Assembly (NCBI GenBank): GCA_043808325.1
Contig: JAZDEY010000031.1
Span: forward strand, 10,997-74,996
Direction: 5' to 3'
DNA from: Candidatus Eiseniibacteriota bacterium
GTDB taxonomy: Bacteria > Arandabacterota > Arandabacteria > Arandabacterales > Arandabacteraceae
DNA length: 64,000 bases
Position 1 is the first letter of the stretch. Every line of letters begins with the position of its first letter. This document shows, piece by piece, positions 46,031 through 55,602 of the stretch. Below the pieces are notes generated by a model that did no database searches, was not told the origin of the DNA, and saw only the letters and a list, made by a program, of their open reading frames with translations. The position numbers and the translations under genes were made by a program.

Positions 46031-46984
46031 ATGAAAAGCGGCGATGTCGTCTTTCGAAGCAAAGAGATGGAGCTTGCGATCAGGACGGCGCAGATGGTTG
46101 CGCCGGCCTCCAGTCCGGTCTTGATCGAGGGCGAAAGCGGTACCGGCAAGGAACTGATAGCCAGGTTGGTTCACTCCGCAAGTCCGCGGCGGCATAAGCC
46201 GTTCGTTGCCGTCAACTGCGGCGCGATCCCGGAGACCCTTTTTGAGAGCGAACTCTTCGGTCATATCGCAGGATCATTCACCGGCGCCTTTCGTGACAAA
46301 CCCGGAATCTTCGAGGTCGCCAACGGCGGTGTCCTCTTCCTCGACGAAATAGGTGATCTCTCGCTGCCGATACAGGCCAAACTCCTGAGGGTGCTGCAGG
46401 AGAGCGAATTTAGACGCCTGGGTGACACTCGGACAAGTCGAATCGACGTAAGAGTGATTTCCGCCACCAACAAGGATCTCGAAAACGAAATGAAGCACCG
46501 GCGGTTCCGGGAGGATCTCTTCTTCCGAATCAGCGTCCTCAGGGTCTACGTGGAGCCTCTGAGGCGCAGGCGGGAAGACGTGCCCGTGCTCGCCGATCAC
46601 TTCGCCGCCAAGTATGCGGCACTCCTGGGGAAAGAGAAGCCCGAGATTGCCGAGGAGGTCCTGCACCTGTTCGACGCTTATGCCTGGCCCGGAAACGTCC
46701 GGGAGCTCGAGAATGAAATCCAGCGGTTGATCGCCCTCTCACCGGACGGGACGCTGGCGGCGCATCAGGTCTCCAAACGGATTAAGGACAGTCTGTGGAG
46801 AGACCTCGACCGGCGCGTGGTGGGTGGCCTCAAGGAAAGGCTTGCGGTCTTTGAACGGGAGATAATCAAAGAAACACTCGAGAAATACCAGTGGAACAAG
46901 AGCGAGACTGCACGGCACCTGGGACTCACGCGGCAGGGCCTGCATCGCAAAGTGCACCGGCTGGGTATCCTGAGAGAGCACTGA
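46031..46984 (+). CDS. Stand-alone sigma-54 interaction-domain activator (AAA+ plus HTH, no N-terminal sensory/receiver domain; PspF-like architecture)
   Basis: 'LIEGESGTGKELIARLVH', 'GHIAGSFTGA' (GAFTGA variant), 'GVLFLDEIGD', 'WPGNVRELENEIQRL'. C-terminal HTH 'ETARHLGLTRQGLHRKVHRLGI'. Confidence 0.85.
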   Translation: MKSGDVVFRSKEMELAIRTAQMVAPASSPVLIEGESGTGKELIARLVHSASPRRHKPFVAVNCGAIPETLFESELFGHIAGSFTGAFRDKPGIFEVANGGVLFLDEIGDLSLPIQAKLLRVLQESEFRRLGDTRTSRIDVRVISATNKDLENEMKHRRFREDLFFRISVLRVYVEPLRRRREDVPVLADHFAAKYAALLGKEKPEIAEEVLHLFDAYAWPGNVRELENEIQRLIALSPDGTLAAHQVSKRIKDSLWRDLDRRVVGGLKERLAVFEREIIKETLEKYQWNKSETARHLGLTRQGLHRKVHRLGILREH

Positions 46985-47011
46985 AGCGGCGCCCGCAGCC
47001 AACAAATGGAG

Positions 47012-47040
47012 TTGACGCGGCCCGGCAGGTTGTGTATTTT
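47012..47040 (+). promoter_or_regulatory. Candidate sigma70-type promoter upstream of apgM (TTGACG-17 bp-TATTTT, with upstream TGTG)
   Basis: 'TTGACGcggcccggcaggttgtgTATTTT' 25 nt upstream of the AAGGAGGG RBS and GTG start of apgM. Confidence 0.35.
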
Positions 47041-47064
47041 GTCGACGACCAAGGAGGGACCAGC

Positions 47065-48264
47065 GTGTACGACCGCCTTCTCGAGCGGATAGTGAAGCCC
47101 GGCGATTCGAAGATTCTCCTGATTGTAGTGGACGGCCTGGGTGGACTTCCCTCACCTGATACCGGGAAGACCGAACTGGAGACTGCCGTCAAACCCGAGA
47201 TAGACAAGCTCGCCCAGAGGTCAGCCTTGGGCGTTACCGATCCCATCGCCCCCGGCATCACACCCGGCAGCGGCCCCGCTCATCTGGCTATCTTCGGCTA
47301 CGATCCCGTCAAATGGGAGATTGGCCGAGGTATCTTAAGCGCGCTCGGGATAGGCTTCCCGGTCGAGCGGAGCGACCTCACGGCCAGAGGCAACTTTGCC
47401 AGTGTGGATGCCGGCGGAATCGTTACCGATCGTCGAGCCGGCAGGATTTCAACCGAGAAGAGCACCGAGCTGTGCGGGTTGCTTGACGGGATGAGGATCG
47501 GCGATACCCAAGTCTTCGTGAGGCCCGAGAAAGAACACCGTTTCGCGGTGATCTTTAGAGGGCGCGGGTTCTCCGATCGATTGACCGACTCCGATCCTCA
47601 AGTTGCAGGACAGAAGCCTCGGCAAGTGGAAGCTAAGGAAGCGGCCGCCGCCGAGACCGCACGGATCGTGAACACCTTCCTAGACCAAGCGATCGAGGCC
47701 CTCAAAGGGAAGTCGCCCGCCAATGCGATTCTCTTGAGGGGTTTTGCCAAACATCCCGAGTTGCCGTCCTTCTCATCACGATACAAGATCAAAGCCTGCG
47801 CGATCGCTGCCTATCCCATGTACAAAGGGCTGGCGCGCCTGGTGGGGATGAGCGTGATCGATGGCCTTGAGTCACTTGACTCGCAGGTTGATGCTCTCGC
47901 GAAGGCATGGCACGACTTCGATTTCTTCTATTTCCACTATAAGAAACCTGACTCACGCGGTGAAGACGGCGATTTCGCCGGCAAGGTGAAGGCCATTGAA
48001 GAGCTTGACCGGTATCTTCCCCGAGTGATCAAGCAGTCTCCGGACGTGCTTGTCCTCACCGGAGATCATTCGACGCCGAGCGTCTTGAAGATGCATAGCT
48101 GGCATCCGGTGCCGCTCCTTGTGTGGTCAAGGTGGATCATTGCCGACGGCCTTCCCCTCAACGAGAGAACCTGCGCGAGGGGCGGCCTCGGTAGGCTCAG
48201 GGCGGTTGAGGTTCTCCCCCTTATGATGGCGAACGCCCTCAGGCTTGAGAAGTTCGGTGCGTAG
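47065..48264 (+). CDS. apgM: 2,3-bisphosphoglycerate-independent phosphoglycerate mutase, archaeal-type (ApgM, metalloenzyme superfamily)
   Basis: 'ILLIVVDGLGGLP', 'VLTGDHSTPS...HSWHPVPLL'. GTG start 7 nt after AAGGAGGG. Confidence 0.85.
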   Translation: MYDRLLERIVKPGDSKILLIVVDGLGGLPSPDTGKTELETAVKPEIDKLAQRSALGVTDPIAPGITPGSGPAHLAIFGYDPVKWEIGRGILSALGIGFPVERSDLTARGNFASVDAGGIVTDRRAGRISTEKSTELCGLLDGMRIGDTQVFVRPEKEHRFAVIFRGRGFSDRLTDSDPQVAGQKPRQVEAKEAAAAETARIVNTFLDQAIEALKGKSPANAILLRGFAKHPELPSFSSRYKIKACAIAAYPMYKGLARLVGMSVIDGLESLDSQVDALAKAWHDFDFFYFHYKKPDSRGEDGDFAGKVKAIEELDRYLPRVIKQSPDVLVLTGDHSTPSVLKMHSWHPVPLLVWSRWIIADGLPLNERTCARGGLGRLRAVEVLPLMMANALRLEKFGA

Positions 48265-49810
48265 GGTCCGTCTCCATCGGTCGGTTGCTGCTTCGATCGT
48301 CTGCCTGTCCTCGGGCCTGTCGATCGGTTTCTGCTTCTGGCCTTACCGTACCGGCCTACTTGCCTACTTCCTTCTGGTTCCCTTCATCGTTGTGAGCGGA
48401 CTTAGGGATGGGCGCGGGCGATTTCTGCTCAATAGCTACATCTTTGGCTTCGGTTATTTCATGGGAAGCCTCTACTGGATCGCGATGCTCCAGAAGGATC
48501 AGATCACCCTGCCGTGGTTGAGGCTGCCGGCAGCGGTCCTGCTGTGCCTTTATCTCGCGCTCTTCATGCTGCTCGTGGGTTACCTCTCGCGCCGGCTCGT
48601 GCTCCTGCGTGTGCCCTACGAGATAGCCCTGGCCATCGCCTGGGGCGGTGTGGAGTATCTGCGATCGCTTGGACCGCTCGGGTTCCCCTGGGCATCGCTG
48701 GGTTACTCCCAGGTACCATATCCGCCGGTGATCCAGCAAGCCGCGGTGGTCGGGACCTATGGGCTCTCGGCCTGGATCGTGCTCGTCAATGGACTCCTGG
48801 CAAGGCTGGCACTTTCGCGGAGAGCATGGCTTGGGGTGGTGGTGGCCGCGGTGTTCGGTCTTCCGGTCCTGGGTGGCGCGCTTGTCCTCTCCCATGCACG
48901 AAGCGAGACCGATCTTCGGGTGGCCCTGGTCCAGCCCAATATCTCGGGCGCAGTCAAGTGGGATGAAGCCTATCGGGACAGCACGATGGAGGTGCTCACG
49001 GAGATGACTCTCAAGACCCGGGGGGCCGACATGATAGTCTGGCCTGAAACCGCGGTCCCGCTTTACGCCAAGCATGAGCCGTCATACCTGCAGGGTGTCA
49101 CGGGACTCGCCCGTGCCACGGGCTCTTACCTCCTGACCGGTTTCCCCGATTATGAACGCACGCTGGACGGCATCGAGTACTATAATGCGGCGATGCTGGT
49201 CTCCCCCGCGGGCGAGATCGTGGGTGAATACCGCAAGATCCATCTTGTGCCTTTTGGAGAGATGATACCGTTCGAGGATAGGATACCGCTCTTGAGGGAG
49301 ATCAACTTTGGGGAAGGCGATTTCTCACCCGGCACCTCCTACGACGTTTTCGAGGTCGGCGCCAAACGGTTCGGCGTGGCTATCTGTTTTGAGTCGATCT
49401 ATCCATCGCTGGTACGGAAGTTTGTCGGAAATGGGGCCGACTTCGTCGTCAATATAACCAATGACGAATGGTTCGGCCCTAGCGCGGGCCCTTTCCAGCA
49501 CGCGGAGATGGCGGTAATGAGATGCGTCGAATGCCGGGTGGGGCTGGTGCGATGCGCCAACACAGGGGTATCGATGCTGGTAGATCCTTACGGGCGAGTC
49601 ACCGAGCGAACCCGCATTTTCTCGAGGGAGGTACTGGTCGGTCGCGTGGCAACCGCCGGTCACGGAACGCCCTATCTACGATGGGGTTATATCGGTGAGC
49701 TCATCCTAATTCTAACACCAGTTACGCTGGCGGTGCTCTCCTATCTGCCGGGCTTGCGCCGCGGGAAGCGATCGGGGCAGAAGCCTTTGACAGCGGCCGG
49801 TCCGGAGTGA
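48245..49810 (+). CDS. lnt: Apolipoprotein N-acyltransferase
   Basis: N-terminal multi-TM region plus CN-hydrolase domain ('RVALVQPNISGAVKWDE', 'VWPETAVP', 'YRKIHLVPFGEMIPF', 'GVAICFESIYP'). TTG start overlaps the apgM end; GTG 48257 also possible. Confidence 0.85.
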   Translation: MRSSVRRVRLHRSVAASIVCLSSGLSIGFCFWPYRTGLLAYFLLVPFIVVSGLRDGRGRFLLNSYIFGFGYFMGSLYWIAMLQKDQITLPWLRLPAAVLLCLYLALFMLLVGYLSRRLVLLRVPYEIALAIAWGGVEYLRSLGPLGFPWASLGYSQVPYPPVIQQAAVVGTYGLSAWIVLVNGLLARLALSRRAWLGVVVAAVFGLPVLGGALVLSHARSETDLRVALVQPNISGAVKWDEAYRDSTMEVLTEMTLKTRGADMIVWPETAVPLYAKHEPSYLQGVTGLARATGSYLLTGFPDYERTLDGIEYYNAAMLVSPAGEIVGEYRKIHLVPFGEMIPFEDRIPLLREINFGEGDFSPGTSYDVFEVGAKRFGVAICFESIYPSLVRKFVGNGADFVVNITNDEWFGPSAGPFQHAEMAVMRCVECRVGLVRCANTGVSMLVDPYGRVTERTRIFSREVLVGRVATAGHGTPYLRWGYIGELILILTPVTLAVLSYLPGLRRGKRSGQKPLTAAGPE

Positions 49811-49859
49811 TATAGTCTCGTCGGCCGTGTGGCCGGCAGGGGACACACATGGAGGGCAG

Positions 49860-50873
49860 GTGGCTGAGTTGCCGCAGAAGAGCCGGGCTGTTTCGATCGT
49901 GGGAGCCACAGGGCTCGTGGGAAGTGAGATCGCGAAGCTTCTTTTCCTTCGCAAGTTCCCGCTCGGGGAGCTCTCGCTCTTTTCGTCGGGCCGCACCAGC
50001 GAGCGCAGGGCCACCATAGCAGGTAAGGAATTTCCGATCCGCCCCTTCAGTCTGGGCGCGCTTGGCGAGCCCGGGTTTTGTTTTCTTGCGGCCGGCGGCG
50101 AGACCAGCCGGCAGCACGCGCACGCAATCGCCGATCTCGGCCACGTTGTCATAGACAATAGCAGCGCCTTCAGGATGCATCCGGACGTGCCGCTGGTGGT
50201 CCCCGAGGTCAACGCCGGAGACCTTCGGTGTCACAGGGGGATCATAGCCAATCCCAATTGCTCCACGATTCAGATGGTAGTGGTGCTAGCGCCTCTTCAC
50301 CGGCTCTGGGAGCTTAAGCGCGTGATCGTCTCCACCTACCAGTCGGTTTCAGGGGCAGGCCTTCAGGCCACCGGCGAGCTTGCTACTCATTCCTCGGCTG
50401 CCCTGGAGGGCAGGACGCTTGCCCCCCGTGCCTTCGCTGATCAGATCGCTTTCAATGTGATCCCTCGGATCGATGTCTTCGACTCCGAGGGTTGGACCGG
50501 CGAGGAGCGAAAGCTGATGAATGAGACAAGGAAGATCCTGGGCGACGGGTCGATCGAGGTCGTGGCCACGGCGGCGAGGGTGCCGGTCTTCCGATGTCAC
50601 TCCGAGTCGGTCTACGCCGAATTCGGCCGCGAGCTCGACCTTGCGGTCGTGAGGCAGGTGCTTGCGTGTGCTCCCGGCGTCAAGGTGGTCGATGATCCCG
50701 CATCGGGCAAGTATCCAATGCCCGTCAACTGTGTGGGACAAGAGAGTACCTTTGTCGGACGGCTGAGGCTGGGTCCGGCATCGGCTAAGGCGCTCAGCAT
50801 GTGGATAGTGAGCGACAATGTCTGGAAGGGTGCGGCCTTGAACGCAGTACAGATAGCTGAGGAATTGCTGTAG
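49860..50873 (+). CDS. asd: Aspartate-semialdehyde dehydrogenase
   Basis: 'VSIVGATGLVGSEI', 'IANPNCSTIQMVVVLAPL', 'VSTYQSVSGAG'. GTG start chosen to match the conserved Asd N-terminus. Confidence 0.9.
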   Translation: MAELPQKSRAVSIVGATGLVGSEIAKLLFLRKFPLGELSLFSSGRTSERRATIAGKEFPIRPFSLGALGEPGFCFLAAGGETSRQHAHAIADLGHVVIDNSSAFRMHPDVPLVVPEVNAGDLRCHRGIIANPNCSTIQMVVVLAPLHRLWELKRVIVSTYQSVSGAGLQATGELATHSSAALEGRTLAPRAFADQIAFNVIPRIDVFDSEGWTGEERKLMNETRKILGDGSIEVVATAARVPVFRCHSESVYAEFGRELDLAVVRQVLACAPGVKVVDDPASGKYPMPVNCVGQESTFVGRLRLGPASAKALSMWIVSDNVWKGAALNAVQIAEELL

Positions 50874-50877
50874 CGAG

Positions 50878-51648
50878 ATGGCATTTGGGGCACGACAGAG
50901 CTTCGGACGTTACATAGCCGTCCAATCTCATCTGCATCTACTTGATCCCCTGGTCAAGATCCTGGGCTTTGCGCTTGTCATGATCTCGATTTTCTCCTCG
51001 GCAAGCTGGCTTGCCATAGCCGCGGTCATGGGCTACGTGATCTTGCTTGGGCGGGCCTCACGGGTGAGATTAGGGTTCTATCTTGAGAGCCTCAAGTACT
51101 TCGCCTGGATGTTTGCCCTGTCCTTTGCGATCAACGTGATCTTCCCCCGAGACAGCACGGTCGGGGCCTTTAGCCCCCAGGCACTCGCGCTGGCGGGCAT
51201 ATTTGCGTCGAGGCTGGCTCTTATGATCTTTGTTGCCGCCATATTCACGGTGGTCACCTGTCCATCGGAGATCGGGGAAGCCCTGATGGTTCTTTCACGA
51301 GTCAGAGGCCGTGTCGGGCGGAGGGCGGCGGAGGCGGCAGCGGTGCTTTCGATGGCGCTACGCTTTGTGCCTGTCATGTTCGAGGAGGCGGAACGAATAC
51401 GAGCTGCGCAGATCTTGCGGGGTCGACGGCCAAGAGGCCTCACGGGGCGGGTGCGGTCGGTGGTCGAGGTGATAGTGCCTCTGATGGAATCATCGCTTCG
51501 GCGGGCCGGGAATCTCGGGTTTGCGCTGGAGGCACGGTGCTACGGTTACAGGGTGCCTGCCTCGCGCGGTGTGAGCCTCGGCCGGGATGAGGTCGCGTTC
51601 CTGGCGAGCGTGATTGGTTTGCTTTTGGTCGTGATCCGATTAAGATAA
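50878..51648 (+). CDS. ecfT: Energy-coupling-factor transporter transmembrane (T) component (EcfT/CbiQ family)
   Basis: CbiQ-like TM pattern and the conserved 'ARxxRG'-type coupling region 'RIRAAQILRGRRP'. Followed by truA as in the conserved ecfT-truA arrangement. No ecfA genes present here. Confidence 0.75.
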   Translation: MAFGARQSFGRYIAVQSHLHLLDPLVKILGFALVMISIFSSASWLAIAAVMGYVILLGRASRVRLGFYLESLKYFAWMFALSFAINVIFPRDSTVGAFSPQALALAGIFASRLALMIFVAAIFTVVTCPSEIGEALMVLSRVRGRVGRRAAEAAAVLSMALRFVPVMFEEAERIRAAQILRGRRPRGLTGRVRSVVEVIVPLMESSLRRAGNLGFALEARCYGYRVPASRGVSLGRDEVAFLASVIGLLLVVIRLR

Positions 51649-51651
51649 ATT

Positions 51652-52401
51652 ATGCATGGAAGCGGTCTCAGTGTGAAGAACACCAGGTTGGTGATCGAAT
51701 ACGACGGCAGTGATTTCTGTGGGTGGCAGAGGCAGCCTAAGGTCAGAACCGTCGAGGGGGAGCTGCTTGAAATCCTATCACCCTTGCTGGGAGCGGAGCC
51801 GGAGCTCATAGCGGCTGCGAGGACCGACTCGGGGGTGCACGCGCTGGGCCAGATTGTCAACTTCAGTTCGTTGTCACCGATGGAGCCCGACGAGATCCGG
51901 TCGGCGCTCAACACGCTCCTGCCCGAGGACATAAGGATCGTCGGTGCCGAGGACGTGCCGCTGGCGTTCAATGCCAGGTACGATGCCAGGCAACGCAGGT
52001 ACACCTACCTGGTCTCCACGAGGCCGACAGCCGTCTGGAGGCGCCATCGATGGTGTGTCAAGTGGAAACTCGACGTTGGAGCGATGAGTGAAGCGGTCCA
52101 GGCTGTGATCGGCGACCACGATTTCTCGGCCTTCACCTGTAAGGAGGAACGTCGCAGCCCCCGGATAAGCATGTACGAGGCTTCGGTTGAGGAGATCGAA
52201 CCGGAGGTGGTGGCAATCACGCTCGCGGGCAGCCGGTTCCTGAGGAAGATGGTGAGAACCCTGGTCGGTACCTTCGTTGAGATCGGTAGGGGGCGGATCA
52301 AACCCTCCGACGTATGTGATATACTCTCCAGCCGGGATAGGAAACGAGCAGGACCGTGTGCCCCGCCACACGGGCTCTATCTTGTGCGGGTCGATTACTG
52401 A
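51652..52401 (+). CDS. truA: tRNA pseudouridine(38-40) synthase
   Basis: 'LVIEYDGSDFCGWQRQP', 'ARTDSGVHALGQIVNF' carry the catalytic Asp motif. Confidence 0.9.
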   Translation: MHGSGLSVKNTRLVIEYDGSDFCGWQRQPKVRTVEGELLEILSPLLGAEPELIAAARTDSGVHALGQIVNFSSLSPMEPDEIRSALNTLLPEDIRIVGAEDVPLAFNARYDARQRRYTYLVSTRPTAVWRRHRWCVKWKLDVGAMSEAVQAVIGDHDFSAFTCKEERRSPRISMYEASVEEIEPEVVAITLAGSRFLRKMVRTLVGTFVEIGRGRIKPSDVCDILSSRDRKRAGPCAPPHGLYLVRVDY

Positions 52402-52416
52402 AAAGGAGGAAGCCGA

Positions 52417-53073
52417 ATGAAGTTCTTCATAGACACGGCGAACATCGATGAGATAGCCGAGGCCAAGACGCTCGGCATTCTCGATGGTGTGACAACCAAC
52501 CCGACGCTACTGGCGCGTGAGAAAGGCAAGGGCGACTTCAAGGAAATCCTAAAGAAGATCTGTGAGATCGTTCAGGGGCCGGTCAGTGCCGAGGTCGTGG
52601 GCAACGACGCCGACACCATGGTCGAGGAGGCCGGGAAACTCGTCAAGATAGACAAGCACATCGTGGTCAAGGTCCCTCTGACGCGGGAGGGGCTGAAGGC
52701 GATAGGCCGGCTTAAGGCCGAGGGCGTCAGGACCAATGCGACTCTGGTCTTTAGCGCCAACCAGGCGATCCTTGCGGCCAAGGCCGGAGCGTCCTACCTG
52801 AGTCCCTTCGTGGGTAGGCTGGATGATGCCACTCACTACGGCATGGATCTTATCCGGCAGATAGTCACCATCTACGATAACTATGACTTCGAAACCGAGA
52901 TCATTGTCGCAAGCGTGCGCAATCCTCTCCACGTGATAGAGGCAGGGCTTGCCGGTGCAGATGTGGTGACGATTCCCTTCAAGGTGATAGAGCAAATGAT
53001 CAGGCATCCTCTGACCGACTGCGGCGTCAAGGCGTTTCTTGAAGATTGGCAGAAGCTGGGGGCCAAGATCTGA
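52417..53073 (+). CDS. tal: Transaldolase / fructose-6-phosphate aldolase (short Fsa/TalC type)
   Basis: '[13 protein letters not shown]', '[13 protein letters not shown]', 'VVKVPLT'. 218 aa. Confidence 0.9.
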   Translation: MKFFIDTANIDEIAEAKTLGILDGVTTNPTLLAREKGKGDFKEILKKICEIVQGPVSAEVVGNDADTMVEEAGKLVKIDKHIVVKVPLTREGLKAIGRLKAEGVRTNATLVFSANQAILAAKAGASYLSPFVGRLDDATHYGMDLIRQIVTIYDNYDFETEIIVASVRNPLHVIEAGLAGADVVTIPFKVIEQMIRHPLTDCGVKAFLEDWQKLGAKI

Positions 53074-53081
53074 GGTGTAGT

Positions 53082-54254
53082 ATGAAGATCGTAATCGCGA
53101 TTGTGATTTCGGCTCTGGTCGGGCTTGCGATTGCGCTTGTCACTTACCTGCCGGGCCTCAATTCCGGCGAGAAGAAAGCCGGGGAGGAACTCCGCCAGGA
53201 GGCGGCGCCCGCTGATGAGATAACCGGTTCGCGCCGAACCGCAATCGTGCGGGCAGCCGAGGAGGTCGGCCCCGCGGTGGTATCGGTCAGTGTGACGCAG
53301 TCCAGGGTGGTGAGGGCCTCGCCCTACATGCCTTTTCGAGATCAGTTCTTCGACGATTTCTTCAGGAATTTCTTCGGCGGGCGTGAGTACGTGGAGCAGG
53401 TGGCGAGCCTGGGTTCCGGTGTGATCATAAGCAAAGACGGACTTGTGGTCACGAACGAGCATGTGGTGAGAGACGCAAGCGAAATAAAGGTGACCTTGAC
53501 CGACGCCCGTGAATTCGCCGGCACCGTGATGGCAAGCGAGCCCGAATACGACCTCGCTCTTGTCAAACTGGACGCCAGGGATCTGCCCACCGCCAAATTG
53601 GGTGACTCCGACCAGATGATAATCGGGGAATGGGCGATAGCAATCGGAAACCCCTTCGGCTTTCTCCTGGAGGACACTCATCCCTCGGTTACAGTCGGCG
53701 TGATAAGCGCTCTGCACCGGTCGATCAAGACGGGCGGGGGAACCGAAGGCGTTTACAAGGACATGATCCAGACCGATGCCGCGATCAACCCGGGCAACAG
53801 CGGCGGTCCTCTTGTGAACTCCCTGGGGGACGTTATCGGGATCAATACCTTCATCATCTCGGGTAGCGGCGGCTCAATGGGAGTGGGGTTTGCGATTCCC
53901 GTCAATCGCGTTAAGCACATAGTGGATGAGGTCGCGCAGTACGGCCACATAAGACAGATCTGGATAGGGTTCCTGCTCCAGGAGATGACACCTCTGCTTG
54001 CGCGATCGCTGGGGCTGGAGGATACCCGCGGTGTGATCGTGACCCAGGTCGTCAAGGACAGCCCCGCCGATGCGGCCGGCATAAAGAGGGGAGACGTGAT
54101 CATCGAAGTCAACAACGAACCGGTGAGAAACATCGAGTCGGCGCAGAAAGCGATCTTCGGAGCTGAGGTCGGAGACCGGCTTGATTTCAAGGTACTCCGG
54201 CAGGGCAAGGAAAAGAAACTGGCGGTCACGGTCGAGGAATTGCCTGCCAAGTAG
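53082..54254 (+). CDS. htrA: Periplasmic serine endoprotease HtrA/DegP-like (trypsin-like domain + one PDZ)
   Basis: Catalytic triad contexts 'VVTNEHVV', 'DLALVKLD', 'DAAINPGNSGGPLVN'. C-terminal PDZ 'GVIVTQVVKDSPADAAGIKRGDVIIEVN'. Confidence 0.9.
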   Translation: MKIVIAIVISALVGLAIALVTYLPGLNSGEKKAGEELRQEAAPADEITGSRRTAIVRAAEEVGPAVVSVSVTQSRVVRASPYMPFRDQFFDDFFRNFFGGREYVEQVASLGSGVIISKDGLVVTNEHVVRDASEIKVTLTDAREFAGTVMASEPEYDLALVKLDARDLPTAKLGDSDQMIIGEWAIAIGNPFGFLLEDTHPSVTVGVISALHRSIKTGGGTEGVYKDMIQTDAAINPGNSGGPLVNSLGDVIGINTFIISGSGGSMGVGFAIPVNRVKHIVDEVAQYGHIRQIWIGFLLQEMTPLLARSLGLEDTRGVIVTQVVKDSPADAAGIKRGDVIIEVNNEPVRNIESAQKAIFGAEVGDRLDFKVLRQGKEKKLAVTVEELPAK

Positions 54255-54264
54255 GAGGCGAGGC

Positions 54265-55602
54265 TTGATAGATCGGTACACTCTCCCCGAGATCGGGACG
54301 ATCTGGAGTGAGGACAATAAGCTTCGGACCTGGCTCAGGGTGGAGCTCGCGATCGTGGATGCGCTGGCCAAAGAGGGTAAGGTACCCAGGGCCGCTGCCG
54401 CAAGGATCAGAAAGAAGGCGCGGTACGACGTTCGAAGGGTGGCCAGGCTTGAGAGAAGGATCCGGCACGACCTCCTGGCCTTCGTCGAATCCGTGTGCGA
54501 CGGCCTGGGCCCCGACAGCAGATACTTCCACATGGGAGTTACCTCGTCCGATATCGTGGATACCTCGACCGCACTCTTGCTGCGGGATGCCAATCGGCTG
54601 GTCTTGAAGGAGCTCGCGGATCTCAGGCGGACGATCGCCATACTCGCAAGAGCTCACCGGGACACCCTTGTGGTCGGCCGAACCCATGGCATGCACGCGG
54701 AACCTACGACGCTGGGGCTCAAGTTCGCAGTCTGGTATAACGACGTGGGGCGCGCGATCTCGCGCCTGGAAGAAACCGGCGCCGCGGTGGAGGTGGGCAA
54801 AGTATCGGGTGCCGTAGGCAACTACTCTCATCTTGCGCCCCGCACTGAAGAGCGGGCGCTCAAGTCGCTGGGACTCAAGCCCGAGCGGCCGGCTACTCAG
54901 GTGGTGCAGCGCGACAGGCACGCGGATTACGTGTCATGTCTTGCTCTTGCGGGCGCAACGATGGAGCGTATCGGGGTCGAGCTGAGGAGTCTCCAGCGCA
55001 CCGAGATCGCCGAGATGGAGGAGCCCTTTGCGCGTGGCCAGAAAGGTTCCTCGTCGATGCCTCACAAGCGTAATCCCATCGTACTCGAACGAATCTGCGG
55101 CCTGGCGAGGCTCGTCAGGGGTTATGCCACGGCTGCCCTGGAGAATGTTGCCCTGTGGCACGAACGCGACATAAGTCATTCCTCGGTCGAGCGAGTGATC
55201 CTGCCGGATGCGACCATCGTCGTTCACTACATGGCGCGGCAATTGAGAACCGTGCTCGAGGGCATTCGGATTGACAGATCGAGGATGAGCCGGAACCTTG
55301 AAATCACCAAGGGCCGCATCTACTCTCAGAGGCTGATGCTTGCTCTCGCGGAGGCCGGATGGGAACGCAAGCGTGCCTACGAGCGGGTCCAGCATCTTGC
55401 CGGTGCTGCGGAGGCCCAGGATCGACACCTCTCCGAGCTTGCCCGCAAGGATCGTGAAATCATAGAGCTCGTGGGCAGGGCCGGGATAGATCGGATCTTT
55501 GACCCTCACTTCTACGGAAGATATACCGGCCAGATATTGCGAGAGTTAGGGATACTATCGGGGGCGGGCGTTGATCGTAAGAATAGAAGGAAGCGAGTCT
55601 GA
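54265..55602 (+). CDS. purB: Adenylosuccinate lyase
   Basis: 'IDRYTLPEIGTIWSEDNKLRTWLRVE', signature 'GSSSMPHKRNPI'. TTG start after AGGAGG. Confidence 0.9.
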   Translation: MIDRYTLPEIGTIWSEDNKLRTWLRVELAIVDALAKEGKVPRAAAARIRKKARYDVRRVARLERRIRHDLLAFVESVCDGLGPDSRYFHMGVTSSDIVDTSTALLLRDANRLVLKELADLRRTIAILARAHRDTLVVGRTHGMHAEPTTLGLKFAVWYNDVGRAISRLEETGAAVEVGKVSGAVGNYSHLAPRTEERALKSLGLKPERPATQVVQRDRHADYVSCLALAGATMERIGVELRSLQRTEIAEMEEPFARGQKGSSSMPHKRNPIVLERICGLARLVRGYATAALENVALWHERDISHSSVERVILPDATIVVHYMARQLRTVLEGIRIDRSRMSRNLEITKGRIYSQRLMLALAEAGWERKRAYERVQHLAGAAEAQDRHLSELARKDREIIELVGRAGIDRIFDPHFYGRYTGQILRELGILSGAGVDRKNRRKRV

